A stretch of 64,000 nt of DNA from a virus. This document shows, in pieces, positions 1-10,100 of this stretch (position 1 is its first letter; the number at the start of each line of letters is the position of its first letter). The notes under the pieces were generated by a model. That model searched no databases, was not told the origin of the DNA, and was given only the letters and a program-made list of their open reading frames with translations. A program made the position numbers and the translations under genes. The DNA is taken from positions 64,001-128,000 of IMG/VR virus record IMGVR_UViG_3300020190_000007. One strand, 5' to 3'.

Positions 1-535
1 TACCTGTTTGTCGCATCTCGCCTTGTTTTTGTGCAAAAAACTCCTGAGGATTTAAATTAAAGGGGTATGAATCCAAAGAACGTAACTCCAATTTTTCTTG
101 GGGTGTTCTTTCTTTCATCGTTTCAACTTTACTTCCTAATTCATCAATTTTGTTTATTACGGCATCCATCTGAGATAGTTTTTGTTCTAAATCTGTTAGT
201 TTGGTAAATACCGTTTCCATTTTATCAACAACATTTGTGTTATTAGACTTACTGTCATCCAAATCCTTTTTAATTGATTTAGTCATGTTAACTAAATCCG
301 TAATATCTATTTCTTCAGTATCATCAGCGGGTGCTGTAGGTGCTGTAGGTGCTGTAGGTGCTGTTGGAGCTCCGGCCGGCATAGGTGCCTCTGGTGGGAC
401 ATCACCAGGTGGTGGAATTGGTGAGTCCGTGGCGGGAGGTGGTACTTCACCCTGTTCCATTAAGTTTTTTGTATATTTATTAATCGCGTTATATCTCGCG
501 AGTTCTTCCATAAGTGATTTTTCTAATCTTTTCAT
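1..535 (-). CDS. Hypothetical Pro/acidic-rich virion or prohead protein, 3' end outside the window (absent from the ORF track)
   Basis: ATG at 535 on the minus strand gives MKRLEKSLMEELARYNAINKYTKNLMEQGEVPPPATDSP...PTAPTAPTAP...coiled coil...LELRSLDSYPFN, open to the window edge. Confidence 0.75.
   Translation of the reverse strand, partial: MKRLEKSLMEELARYNAINKYTKNLMEQGEVPPPATDSPIPPPGDVPPEAPMPAGAPTAPTAPTAPTAPADDTEEIDITDLVNMTKSIKKDLDDSKSNNTNVVDKMETVFTKLTDLEQKLSQMDAVINKIDELGSKVETMKERTPQEKLELRSLDSYPFNLNPQEFFAQKQGEMRQTG
329..368. repeat. 9-bp tandem repeat (GGTGCTGTA) encoding PTA repeats on the minus strand
   Basis: gtgctgtaggtgctgtaggtgctgtaggtgctgttgg read directly. Confidence 0.85.
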
Positions 536-537
536 AG

Positions 538-744
538 TTAGTCTTGTAAAAGTTGTCTACCGTCTTCGGTTATAAATTTTTTATTTATCCTTTCTACTAT
601 ACCATCTTTAGACCTGATTACATAACATTCACCGGTGTTAAGGTCACATTCTTCTTTTTCCATTCCATCGTTTGAAATGTACTTAATTTGTTTTGGATTA
701 TCTATAAAGTTGTCCAATGTTTTATTTAATTTTTCGTTATTCAT
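538..744 (-). CDS. Small hypothetical protein
   Basis: 68-aa ORF with a TATTTATT motif at 757-764 upstream; abuts the next gene. Confidence 0.7.
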   Translation of the reverse strand: MNNEKLNKTLDNFIDNPKQIKYISNDGMEKEECDLNTGECYVIRSKDGIVERINKKFITEDGRQLLQD

Positions 745-788
745 GGTATTTTATTTAATAAATATCTAAAAAAATTAAAAACTTTAAA

Positions 789-3700
789 TTAATCCATTTT
801 AAAATATACTACATCCCCATCATATAACCCCAAATCGGACATAAGTTTCGATGACATACCCATACCAATTTGGGTAGATTTCGGTCCTCTGCTAATTGGT
901 CCTTCAACTATTATTGAACCAACGGTTTTGTCTAATTGGTAATTAGGATTTACCGTTAATTGCACATTGTTTTTTGGGTTTTTAAATGTTGTTTTAGCTG
1001 TTTTTATAACATCATTAGTGATTGTTCTTGACAATTGAAAATCCACATTAAAAAATCTGTAATTTGAATCCTTAACATCAGACCATTGAATTCCATTTGT
1101 GAGATTGAATCCCTGTGTATCTTCTATTGGGTACTTTGCTCCACCCATTCTATATACAATAGTTCTAAACCATTCCTCATTACCGTTTCTAACTTTTTGT
1201 ATTAGACGAGTTTCATTATATCCATTATATGGTACGCCGAATCTGTTAATACCAACTTCTTGGATAACCGTTTCACCTTGTATATTTTTACCTTGTCTGT
1301 CCGTAACATATGGTATTCCTTGGTATATAACTGTTTGGTCGGTATCGGTATCGTTAGCGGCTCTCTGTTTGATTTTAGCAATTGCTTTTGATTGAATCTT
1401 ATCAAACAAAACTCTATAACTCGCAACAAATGAATCCCTCGGGTCGGGTAATGAGGAGTATGGTATTCGTGTTCCTGAAAAACTTGTTGAAATACTATTA
1501 CCCTTTATCTGATGAGAAACCTCGGTAATCCAATACGAGCCCCTAAACATAGGTATGTTTTTTAAATAAAAATACATAGTTGGTTGAATCATAACATTAC
1601 CCATAGCTGTAACACCACATTTATATGATGCTTGTTTGTAATAATCAAACAAACTAACATCAACATTGTGCACACCGGCGCCAGAAGCGGACCTTGACAA
1701 ATTTTCTAAAACCTCAAAGGATTCTGATGTATTTTTTAATGTGCTTTGGTCCAGTGTAACTCCTTTGAATATACCTTGATTTTGGTCACCGAAGCTTACC
1801 TCAAACGCAACTACTCTATTAGATTTAGATAAATCGTTTTGTGAAAAACTTTCTAAAGATGTTATCAATAATGGATTCGGTGTTTGCCCGCCAATGTAAA
1901 AACTATCATCAACAAACTTATATGGTTTACTATTGGACATATCAATTCTTTTCGATGTTTGTCCGGCTAATTGTATGATAACTTTTGGTGTCGCCTCTTG
2001 ATAATCAACCTCTAAGAATGTACCAAATAAATTTGAGGCAACCTTTTTTGATGGTGTTATTTTGTTCTTATTTGTCAAATTATTACCGTAAAAATTTATA
2101 TAAGCGGGTAAAGCCCTCATATCTAATCCGGTACCTTGAATTATCATGGAAATAGCGTTGTATAAAGGAAGTTTAGAGTTGTTTGGGTTCAATAAAGGTG
2201 TAAACTTATCTATGTTTAAATAAAATTTATCACCAATGTCTCTATTAGCTTTGTCTAAGAATAAAAATTCCTCTAGTAATAAACGTTGACCAATTGAATT
2301 ACCGGCGGTCCATTTATCGTTAAATGATTTGAAAGTGTTATACAATTCTAACTTTGTTTGAGTTGAATTGTAACCTCTAAACATATCAATACTAGCAGCA
2401 GGATTACCCGTGGCATTACTCGTTAAACCACCTAATAATGGTAAAAGTGTATTCAAATACAAAGCAAGTCTAGCTTCGGCCCCTTTTGGGGTATTTGTTT
2501 CACCTGTACTTTTAAGTATTATCGAATCTTGTAAATAAGTTAAAAAAGCGGCTTTGGTGTTGGTTCCTCCCGCTTCTCGATATCCACCATATATCTGAGC
2601 TAATGGTCTATGTTTTTTTATATTATCTTCAGTTAATTTTATATCTAATAAACTAAAGAAATTAACATAGTAACTATCGATATCTTCACCAATGTATAAT
2701 TTGATAAAATTAAGATTTGGTGTTGTTAAATCCGCAGCACTGAAAGGTTGTGGTTTATACGTTGTAAGAGCACGATAAGGGTCTACCGCGGTTAAACCAT
2801 ATAAAGAATTTGCGTCAATTTCTTTTGGATTAGCTAAGGTAAATTTTATTAAATTAGTGGTGTTTAATATATCTGTGGTAATTGATTGTGCATTTTTCTT
2901 TTGTCTTTCTTTCAGAGTGTTACCAATTAATAAATCAATATCGTTGCTATCATCATCTTTTTTTTCAACAACAGATAATTTTTTTAAAATGTCTTGAAAT
3001 TTAGAGTAATTTAAATTTCTAAAAATTGCATATGGTATTTCTTCATTCATTTTTTCACTAGCAAAATCAATAAAAAAACTTTCGAAGTACTCAAGTATCT
3101 GAGGACTAAATGTACCAATTAAGTCTAATGCTTTTTTGTAATTGGTTGATATCGAATACGTGTTACCTGTTGTCCTAAAATAATCATATGGACTTGGGAA
3201 GGTTTGTCCACTAAAACTAGTTGATAGGTTATCGTTTAGATACCAAAGTGTTTTGAATGTTAATTCTTCGGCTAATGTAAATGTGTTACTATCGGATATT
3301 TCACTATTTTTATGACCACCAAGAGATGGTAATAAGGTGTAATTTTTATCTGATGAGACGTATTTGGAATTATCCATTACCACGTCCCAATAATTCATAC
3401 CACTTTTTTGTGTAACCCTGTGTAGTAATTTATCTGAAGTACTTGTGGAAGAATATGAAACATTTCCTAACGTTATGTCGTAAGTGGCATAATCATTTAC
3501 TATTTGACTGTAAACAGTTTGATAAAATGGTCTTATGCCCACATTTGTGAAACCGGTATATGTGACACCTGATGTGGAGCCAGATGATGTTGATATTTTT
3601 GGTATTACATCAAAAGTTACATACTCATCAGAAACCGCTAATACTGTTGCACCTGTTAGTCCCGTAAGTGGTGTTTGTGAAATTGTAAATCCTGTAGTGC

Positions 3701-6700
3701 TTGTAATATTTGTAATATATGTGTTTGGCGCCGTTTGTCCTGTACCGGCAATAACTGTTACGGTCATTCCTGTTTGTAAATTCACCGTGCTTGTTACATT
3801 AATCGTTGTACCACTACTACTTGCGTTCGTTAATGTTTCTGATATTAACACTCCGTTATTATCAAAAAGAGTTTTACCCGATAACGGTCTGGTTAAATAA
3901 CTCGAGTTTATACACCCATTTAAAATATCATAACCATCTATTAGGTGTGTTTTATATCTATGATAAATTGAACCCCATTTCAATATCAAATGATATGGAA
4001 TAAAATGAGTGGACGATACCTCTCTAAATAAAGATGATGTTAATATTTTTTTATTCTCGAAGGTTATTTCCTCGTCTAAATCAATAAATGGTAATGAATT
4101 TAATAACAAATACGAAGAACCAACATACTTACCTTGTGGGGTTGATTTATTGAAATCATTAAATAATTGATTGTGAAAATAAGGGGTGTTTAATATTGAG
4201 GTTGTGTTTCCTGATACAGATAATGTGTTAGTAAACATGTCAACTTCACCCGATAATAATTTTGATACGTCATTATAACCTGTTTTCAACCAACTGTTTA
4301 TCTCTATCGGCGAACAAATAAATCCTTGTGAACTATTAACCTTTAGAATTCCATTGAATTTAAAATTGTCTCTCGTAAAGTTTGTCTTACCTAAATAATT
4401 CAAATATGTTGTTGAATTAAAAGGATATATGTCTGTTCTATATGCTTCAGGTTCGTAATCAATTAAAATCTTATTTAAATCGTCTTCTTTTAAATCACCC
4501 GTAGGATTAGTGGCGGATTCGTCATATTTTTCAAATTTGAATGGTTCTTCGATTACGTTTGATATGTAATTTGTTGTTGGTAAATGGTCTTTAAAATAAT
4601 TAAACCTTTCAAATGGTGACAGACCTGGTAAGTATCCATTATATACGGTAGTGGTTTTGGGTGTCCCATCTTCATTTTTTTGAATAACACCATTTTCTAA
4701 TAAATTTGTTTTTGTAACAGGAGCAATCAATTTATTTTTATTAGTTATTGTTTTTGCTAACTCAATAATGTCATTATCGTCTTTTATTAATTCTTGAATA
4801 TTTTTAAACTCTTCGTTGGCTAATTGTATAATCATTTGGTCATTAAAAGAATCAAACAGTGTTGTATAAAGAGCCCTTTCGTAAAGTTCATAAACAAATG
4901 CCGCGTAACTTTTATCAATAAATGGTATTGATTCATTTATAACGTCAATACCTGATAAGTCTTCAATTTTTTGATTTTCAGTGTTCGAATCAAAAACATA
5001 GTTTACGTCATTTCTTGTGGGTTCGTTATTTACATTTGTTTCTACCCTATTAGTAACAATTTTAATATATTCTTCAATAAAATCAACTTCAGGCCAAAGG
5101 GTTTTGTCATAAGATTTTAATTTGTGAACTAATTCTTCATCACCAGGATATGCAATTACATTTTGTTTACCACCACCTTGGGGTTTTTTTACTTCAGGCC
5201 ATGGATATATATTTTCACCCTTAGATTCTTTTGATAAGTTTGTGAGTGTTTTTTTTCTATTGTTCGCGGCTTCAAACGCTTTATTATGAACGTCCTTCAT
5301 TAATCTTATGAAAACTTCGGCATTGGCCAATAGGACCGCGAACATGTTTCTAACGGTAGGTTCAAACCCAAATCCATATTCATTACTTTTAATGACCTTG
5401 TTCATTTCTCTTTCAACATCGTCTTCAACTTTTTTTCTTTGTTCCTCAAATGATTTTCTGATTTGAAATATGTCTTCAAAAATTCCATCAATATAAACGA
5501 CAACTTTTTTGTCATTGAGAACCTTATAATATGAACTAATATTTTTTACGTTTCTAATTGAGATTCTTTTAAAATCCCCACTTGTTTTATTTATTAAGAC
5601 ATTATTATTGTATAATTCTTGGGTTAAAAGCTTGGTTTTACCCATCGCGGTATTGAAACTGGTTAAAAGAAGTTCAAGAGCTCCCGCACCATTACCTAAT
5701 ATGTGTTTTGTTTCTGTTTTATCTTTTGCATTCAAATAAAACCACAAATCACTAACAGTCTCGTTGTTTGTTGAGGTTTTAGTAAATGATGTATATTCTT
5801 GTGATAGATACTGTTTACCCCAAGCTTTTATTGAATTTTCAAAATCATTGAGAAGGGTGTCCATTTCTTTTATACCAGAAAAGACATCCATACTGACTTT
5901 ACTAAAAATTTGTTGTTCTAGTATTTTATCAAGACTTTCCGCGATGTACCCAATTTCTTTTAGTGTACGAACAGGAAAACCTTTCGGGATTAAACCTTTT
6001 TGTTCATACTGCCTATATACTGATTTTAATATCGAATAACCTCTTGATGATTGTTTTACTGTCGTTTCGTATAATCCAGTGTTTTGATTAAATTTTGTAT
6101 TGTCTTTTTCTTCAACCAAAAACATATAAGGACAGTTAATAATCGCTGATAGAGGAATGTCATTCAACCACGCAAAAGTGGAACCCACAAATTTTGTTGT
6201 GATTTCAAAATTACCATTAGAATCATTAAATCTAGATTTGAAATCAATCATATGTAATCTGTATCGAATAGCTTTACCATAATAACCTTTAACAGTTAAA
6301 TAAAAGATTGGCCATGGTAAATGGAAAAAAGCCCTGTATGGTGAATTTTCTGAGGATTCAAAAAGTGTTTTTCCTCTTACGTCAACAAAGTTTATAGTAA
6401 TTTGTGGAACAAAGTTAGCCCCTTTTACATCGATGTTTATTGAATCAATACCAAATGTTTGTGCGGTTGGGTCTTTAAATTGGTCTTCACCAAATGTTAC
6501 ATCATATCCGTCTTTATATGTGGATTCTTGTCCTTGAATTGGTTTTGGAACAAAGGCATCCGTCCATGTTGTGTCAAAGTTACCGTCTCCACTAGCGTTT
6601 CTTAAGAAATTAAGATTACCCTTAGCAATTTGTGTTAAGGTATTTCCTAAATTATCATCAGCAATGAGAGTCGTTCTTGGAATTAAATCAGCTTCCAAGT

Positions 6701-6854
6701 TCGCATACATGACTAAGTTTTCTTGTTTATGTCCTCTTGGTTGAACTTCTCCGTTTGAATCGACAACACTATTTGGGTCAACATAAATAAGATTGTTTTG
6801 GTCAACTTTTACAAGTATGTTTTCATTATTTGGGTAATCATTATTGCTCGCCAT
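789..6854 (-). CDS. Giant baseplate hub-like protein (gp27/GpD/VgrG-type termini with very large insertions)
   Basis: N-terminal FGIDSINIDV..FVPQITINFVDVRG and C-terminal GNVMIQPTMYFYL..FRGSYWITEVSHQI..STSFSGTR resemble hub beta-barrels; lies after TMP, tube-initiator and LysM-like genes. Confidence 0.6.
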   Translation of the reverse strand: MASNNDYPNNENILVKVDQNNLIYVDPNSVVDSNGEVQPRGHKQENLVMYANLEADLIPRTTLIADDNLGNTLTQIAKGNLNFLRNASGDGNFDTTWTDAFVPKPIQGQESTYKDGYDVTFGEDQFKDPTAQTFGIDSINIDVKGANFVPQITINFVDVRGKTLFESSENSPYRAFFHLPWPIFYLTVKGYYGKAIRYRLHMIDFKSRFNDSNGNFEITTKFVGSTFAWLNDIPLSAIINCPYMFLVEEKDNTKFNQNTGLYETTVKQSSRGYSILKSVYRQYEQKGLIPKGFPVRTLKEIGYIAESLDKILEQQIFSKVSMDVFSGIKEMDTLLNDFENSIKAWGKQYLSQEYTSFTKTSTNNETVSDLWFYLNAKDKTETKHILGNGAGALELLLTSFNTAMGKTKLLTQELYNNNVLINKTSGDFKRISIRNVKNISSYYKVLNDKKVVVYIDGIFEDIFQIRKSFEEQRKKVEDDVEREMNKVIKSNEYGFGFEPTVRNMFAVLLANAEVFIRLMKDVHNKAFEAANNRKKTLTNLSKESKGENIYPWPEVKKPQGGGKQNVIAYPGDEELVHKLKSYDKTLWPEVDFIEEYIKIVTNRVETNVNNEPTRNDVNYVFDSNTENQKIEDLSGIDVINESIPFIDKSYAAFVYELYERALYTTLFDSFNDQMIIQLANEEFKNIQELIKDDNDIIELAKTITNKNKLIAPVTKTNLLENGVIQKNEDGTPKTTTVYNGYLPGLSPFERFNYFKDHLPTTNYISNVIEEPFKFEKYDESATNPTGDLKEDDLNKILIDYEPEAYRTDIYPFNSTTYLNYLGKTNFTRDNFKFNGILKVNSSQGFICSPIEINSWLKTGYNDVSKLLSGEVDMFTNTLSVSGNTTSILNTPYFHNQLFNDFNKSTPQGKYVGSSYLLLNSLPFIDLDEEITFENKKILTSSLFREVSSTHFIPYHLILKWGSIYHRYKTHLIDGYDILNGCINSSYLTRPLSGKTLFDNNGVLISETLTNASSSGTTINVTSTVNLQTGMTVTVIAGTGQTAPNTYITNITSTTGFTISQTPLTGLTGATVLAVSDEYVTFDVIPKISTSSGSTSGVTYTGFTNVGIRPFYQTVYSQIVNDYATYDITLGNVSYSSTSTSDKLLHRVTQKSGMNYWDVVMDNSKYVSSDKNYTLLPSLGGHKNSEISDSNTFTLAEELTFKTLWYLNDNLSTSFSGQTFPSPYDYFRTTGNTYSISTNYKKALDLIGTFSPQILEYFESFFIDFASEKMNEEIPYAIFRNLNYSKFQDILKKLSVVEKKDDDSNDIDLLIGNTLKERQKKNAQSITTDILNTTNLIKFTLANPKEIDANSLYGLTAVDPYRALTTYKPQPFSAADLTTPNLNFIKLYIGEDIDSYYVNFFSLLDIKLTEDNIKKHRPLAQIYGGYREAGGTNTKAAFLTYLQDSIILKSTGETNTPKGAEARLALYLNTLLPLLGGLTSNATGNPAASIDMFRGYNSTQTKLELYNTFKSFNDKWTAGNSIGQRLLLEEFLFLDKANRDIGDKFYLNIDKFTPLLNPNNSKLPLYNAISMIIQGTGLDMRALPAYINFYGNNLTNKNKITPSKKVASNLFGTFLEVDYQEATPKVIIQLAGQTSKRIDMSNSKPYKFVDDSFYIGGQTPNPLLITSLESFSQNDLSKSNRVVAFEVSFGDQNQGIFKGVTLDQSTLKNTSESFEVLENLSRSASGAGVHNVDVSLFDYYKQASYKCGVTAMGNVMIQPTMYFYLKNIPMFRGSYWITEVSHQIKGNSISTSFSGTRIPYSSLPDPRDSFVASYRVLFDKIQSKAIAKIKQRAANDTDTDQTVIYQGIPYVTDRQGKNIQGETVIQEVGINRFGVPYNGYNETRLIQKVRNGNEEWFRTIVYRMGGAKYPIEDTQGFNLTNGIQWSDVKDSNYRFFNVDFQLSRTITNDVIKTAKTTFKNPKNNVQLTVNPNYQLDKTVGSIIVEGPISRGPKSTQIGMGMSSKLMSDLGLYDGDVVYFKMD

Positions 6855-7167
6855 AATATAGATTATATAATTCTATACTTCTTTTATAATCTTGTAAAGA
6901 CGTTGTAAGAGGAAAGGGTACTCTAATAACAGTATTATCAGGTATTTCAAATTCAATACTTCCCGCCGTTGGATTTGCCTGTAATATTAACCATCCAAAC
7001 ACTGGTGAACCATAATAATCTTGCGATATTTTATCAAACCTATCTCTACCCTTTTTATAAAACATATATCTATCCGAAGATTTTATTGGGATTTCAATCC
7101 CTGGTACAATCCTAAATTTACCGTCTTCAATAAAAAACTGATATCTATCAAAATACTGTCTACTCAT
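6841..7167 (-). CDS. Baseplate wedge gp53/tail protein X-like (LysM-fold) protein
   Basis: DRFDKISQDYYGSPVFGWLILQANP...IPDNTVIRVP is the typical LysM/gp53-like pattern; synteny. Confidence 0.75.
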   Translation of the reverse strand: MSRQYFDRYQFFIEDGKFRIVPGIEIPIKSSDRYMFYKKGRDRFDKISQDYYGSPVFGWLILQANPTAGSIEFEIPDNTVIRVPFPLTTSLQDYKRSIELYNLYYGEQ

Positions 7168-10100
7168 TATTGTGGTCTATAATAATTTAATTTATCTGTA
7201 ACTTCGTTTGATGTTGAAAAGATTTGGTTCGCTTCATCTATTATTGTTTGGTTTGTTTCATCTGTTGTGGATGAAATTCCAAACTTAATTTCTTTATCGC
7301 TTTTCCTTTTTTTGAATTTTGTTAATTTAAATTTCTGTTCTTCTGGTTTTTCAACAAATTTATTTAATCTTTTTTTCAATTGATTTTTTAAATGGTCTTT
7401 ATATAACAAAGGGTCTTTTAGCTCTGATATAAATGCTTCTACTTTATCGAATAACAATTGTTTCATCATAAATTCAAAATCCGCCGATTGTATTGTTGGA
7501 TTTAAAAATGTAATATTGGTAGATAAACCATCAACTAATTTCGGTGCGTTTGTCTCAATATAATCAACACATGTACTGTATTCGTTATATAACAAATCCG
7601 AAGTAAAACCACTTATTGCAACAGATTTAACAATACTATCTTGTACTGTTGAATCTTTACCATTTTTAATAACAAAATTAACCCTATCTAAATCAGATAT
7701 TAATTGATTTCTTGATTTTTCCAATTCATCCAATATTTGAGTAGAATCGGTGAGTTCATTTATTTTATTTTCAATTATCTCTTTAGTTATAAAATCTTTT
7801 AATTTGACATTTGTATCTGTAAGTATTGAGCCGGTCATTTCTTTATCAAACTCAACCATATTAACTAAATAAGTTGAAGACGAGTCATTAAGAAAATTAG
7901 CCAACCCTGTTTTTAATCCTGATGTATAAACGGTTAATTCTTGTGTCTTTTTATATAAACCAAGTAATGATAATGTTTTACCCGGTGTTGGTGATGTTGA
8001 GGTGTAAATGTCGTATTGATTTATTGGTCTATATTCACCCTTAAATAAAAGAGCAGTAATATCTTTACCGTATTTTGTATAAACTTTGTTATACGTGTCT
8101 TGATACTTATCAAAATAACTTTCTGTTGAGGTGAAGACGGATTTAATTATGTCCGTATATTTTATACTGTTACCATCAAGGGTACCCATATAATTTCCAT
8201 CTTTTACATTTTTAGTATTTTGAGATTGATTGTTTTTGTTAATGGCGTTTGTATAAGTTTTGTTCAAATCTGCTAAAAATTCACGAGTAAATTCTTCAGC
8301 ATTTCTACCTCCAATAGTTTCGTTTGTTGCGATTGACCTCTCATCGTACATTTCTGTGTTTGCAAAGAAATTAGATGATAAGGCGTTTTGTAATCTTTCA
8401 ACAGGTTTAGATAATCCTTGTCCACCAATAAAATTTATAGATAATGTTACCGACGCAATCATAGGTTGAACTCCAATGCCTTCGGGGTTCAAATCAAATA
8501 GTATTTGCCCACCGTCATCATAAGAAATGTTTACATCTCTAATTACTATTTTTGAGTGATAAAAATCGCCAATTCTTAAGACACAAACAGGCGGTGGTCC
8601 AAACGCGGTGTTTCTTGCTCTAACATCTGATTCTTCCGAAATACCTTTAATTGGGATGGTGTCTCCCGGTCTAATACATTGTTGTAAAAATGTAAGTCTA
8701 GCATTTAAACCTTCAGGTGTTGTTGAATGAAATGCTGGATGAAAATATTTTAATTTTTCTTTAAGTGATGAGAAAACAATCGGGTCAGTTTCTTCTAATT
8801 TTTTAAAGTAAAAACATTCGGATAGTGTTTTTGCGATAATTCTTTTTAGTGGGTCAATGGCGGGTTTTCTTGTTGGTGGGTTCACAACAACCTGTCCATT
8901 TTCTTCTATTTTTGTTATAGGTGGTTGTGGTGTTGGTGTATCGGGTTGTTTCTTCTCTGATTTATTATTGTACTTTAAAGACATTGCCGTTTGTCTACAA
9001 TAGAACGCAATTGGTGAGTATTGTTTTAATTTTGGTACTCTAACGAAATCTTTATTAACACAATCTTTATCAGGTTGGGTCCCAGTTAATGTTTCACCAT
9101 AATTGACCGATTCTACAATAATTTTAGTATCATGTTCAAATCCAAAATCTTTTGTATTATACTCTTTTAATATAACAATCGGTTGTCCTTGTTGAATTAT
9201 TTCTTTATCGTTTTCAGAGTTATCTTTGTTTACTAAATTTAAATTTTCTGGCCATTTTATTTGCCATTCTTTTTTTCCTCCGACAGCCGATAATCTATCA
9301 AAAATATCTTGAATTACGGAGTGACTTCTTCTTAGTGATAATCTTTCGTTGTAATCATTAGTCGCAACTGATGAACATGAAGATAAAATTTGAAATCTAA
9401 TTGTTTCCGCCGTTTTACCAGATATGTCTGATATTAAACTATTTAAACTAGATACGTATTTATTAAATGACACATCAGCTTGGTCAAAATAATCACCGAT
9501 TTTTGTTTTTTGAGCATCAATGTCGGATTGTGTTATAACGTGATTAGCATCACCAAAAATAAAAGATTTTTCTGTTTTTACTTGAGTGTCTGTTTGAGAC
9601 AAACCAGTTAAAGTATTTAACGCGGCACCTAATTCATCAATATAAGCTTGTTTTTGGCCTTTGTAATCGTCGTATAATTCTGTATAATTTTTTGTGGTAT
9701 CAAGGTCTAAACTTGGTCCCGGTCTATCATTTTCATACTTTAATTTAATTATAACCTCATCAACAGGTTTAGAATCTGCTTCGTTACCTTGTGTTGTCGT
9801 GTTTGTTGGTGTTGTCTCTGTTGGGTACTCAGTGGTTACCTTATATTGTTTGATAGTTTCAGGGTCTTGTCCTTGATTTAATAAACTTTGAATCAGTTTT
9901 ATATCGTTTGTATCTAATTGAGTAAATCTTCTAATTAATTCGTAGAAATCCAATTCCTTACAACCAGCAAAAAAAGCGTTGATATAATTTTCAGATTCTT
10001 CCTCTGACATTCCTTTGAAAAGTTCTCTCACTAATAAATTTAAGATACTCGGGTGGTCAACAACAACCTTAAATGATAATTGCCCACTTCTTGATGTGTC

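Noticed and set aside
201-575. 124-aa plus-strand ORF with GAV repeats
   Set aside because: Antisense shadow of the minus-strand gene starting at 535
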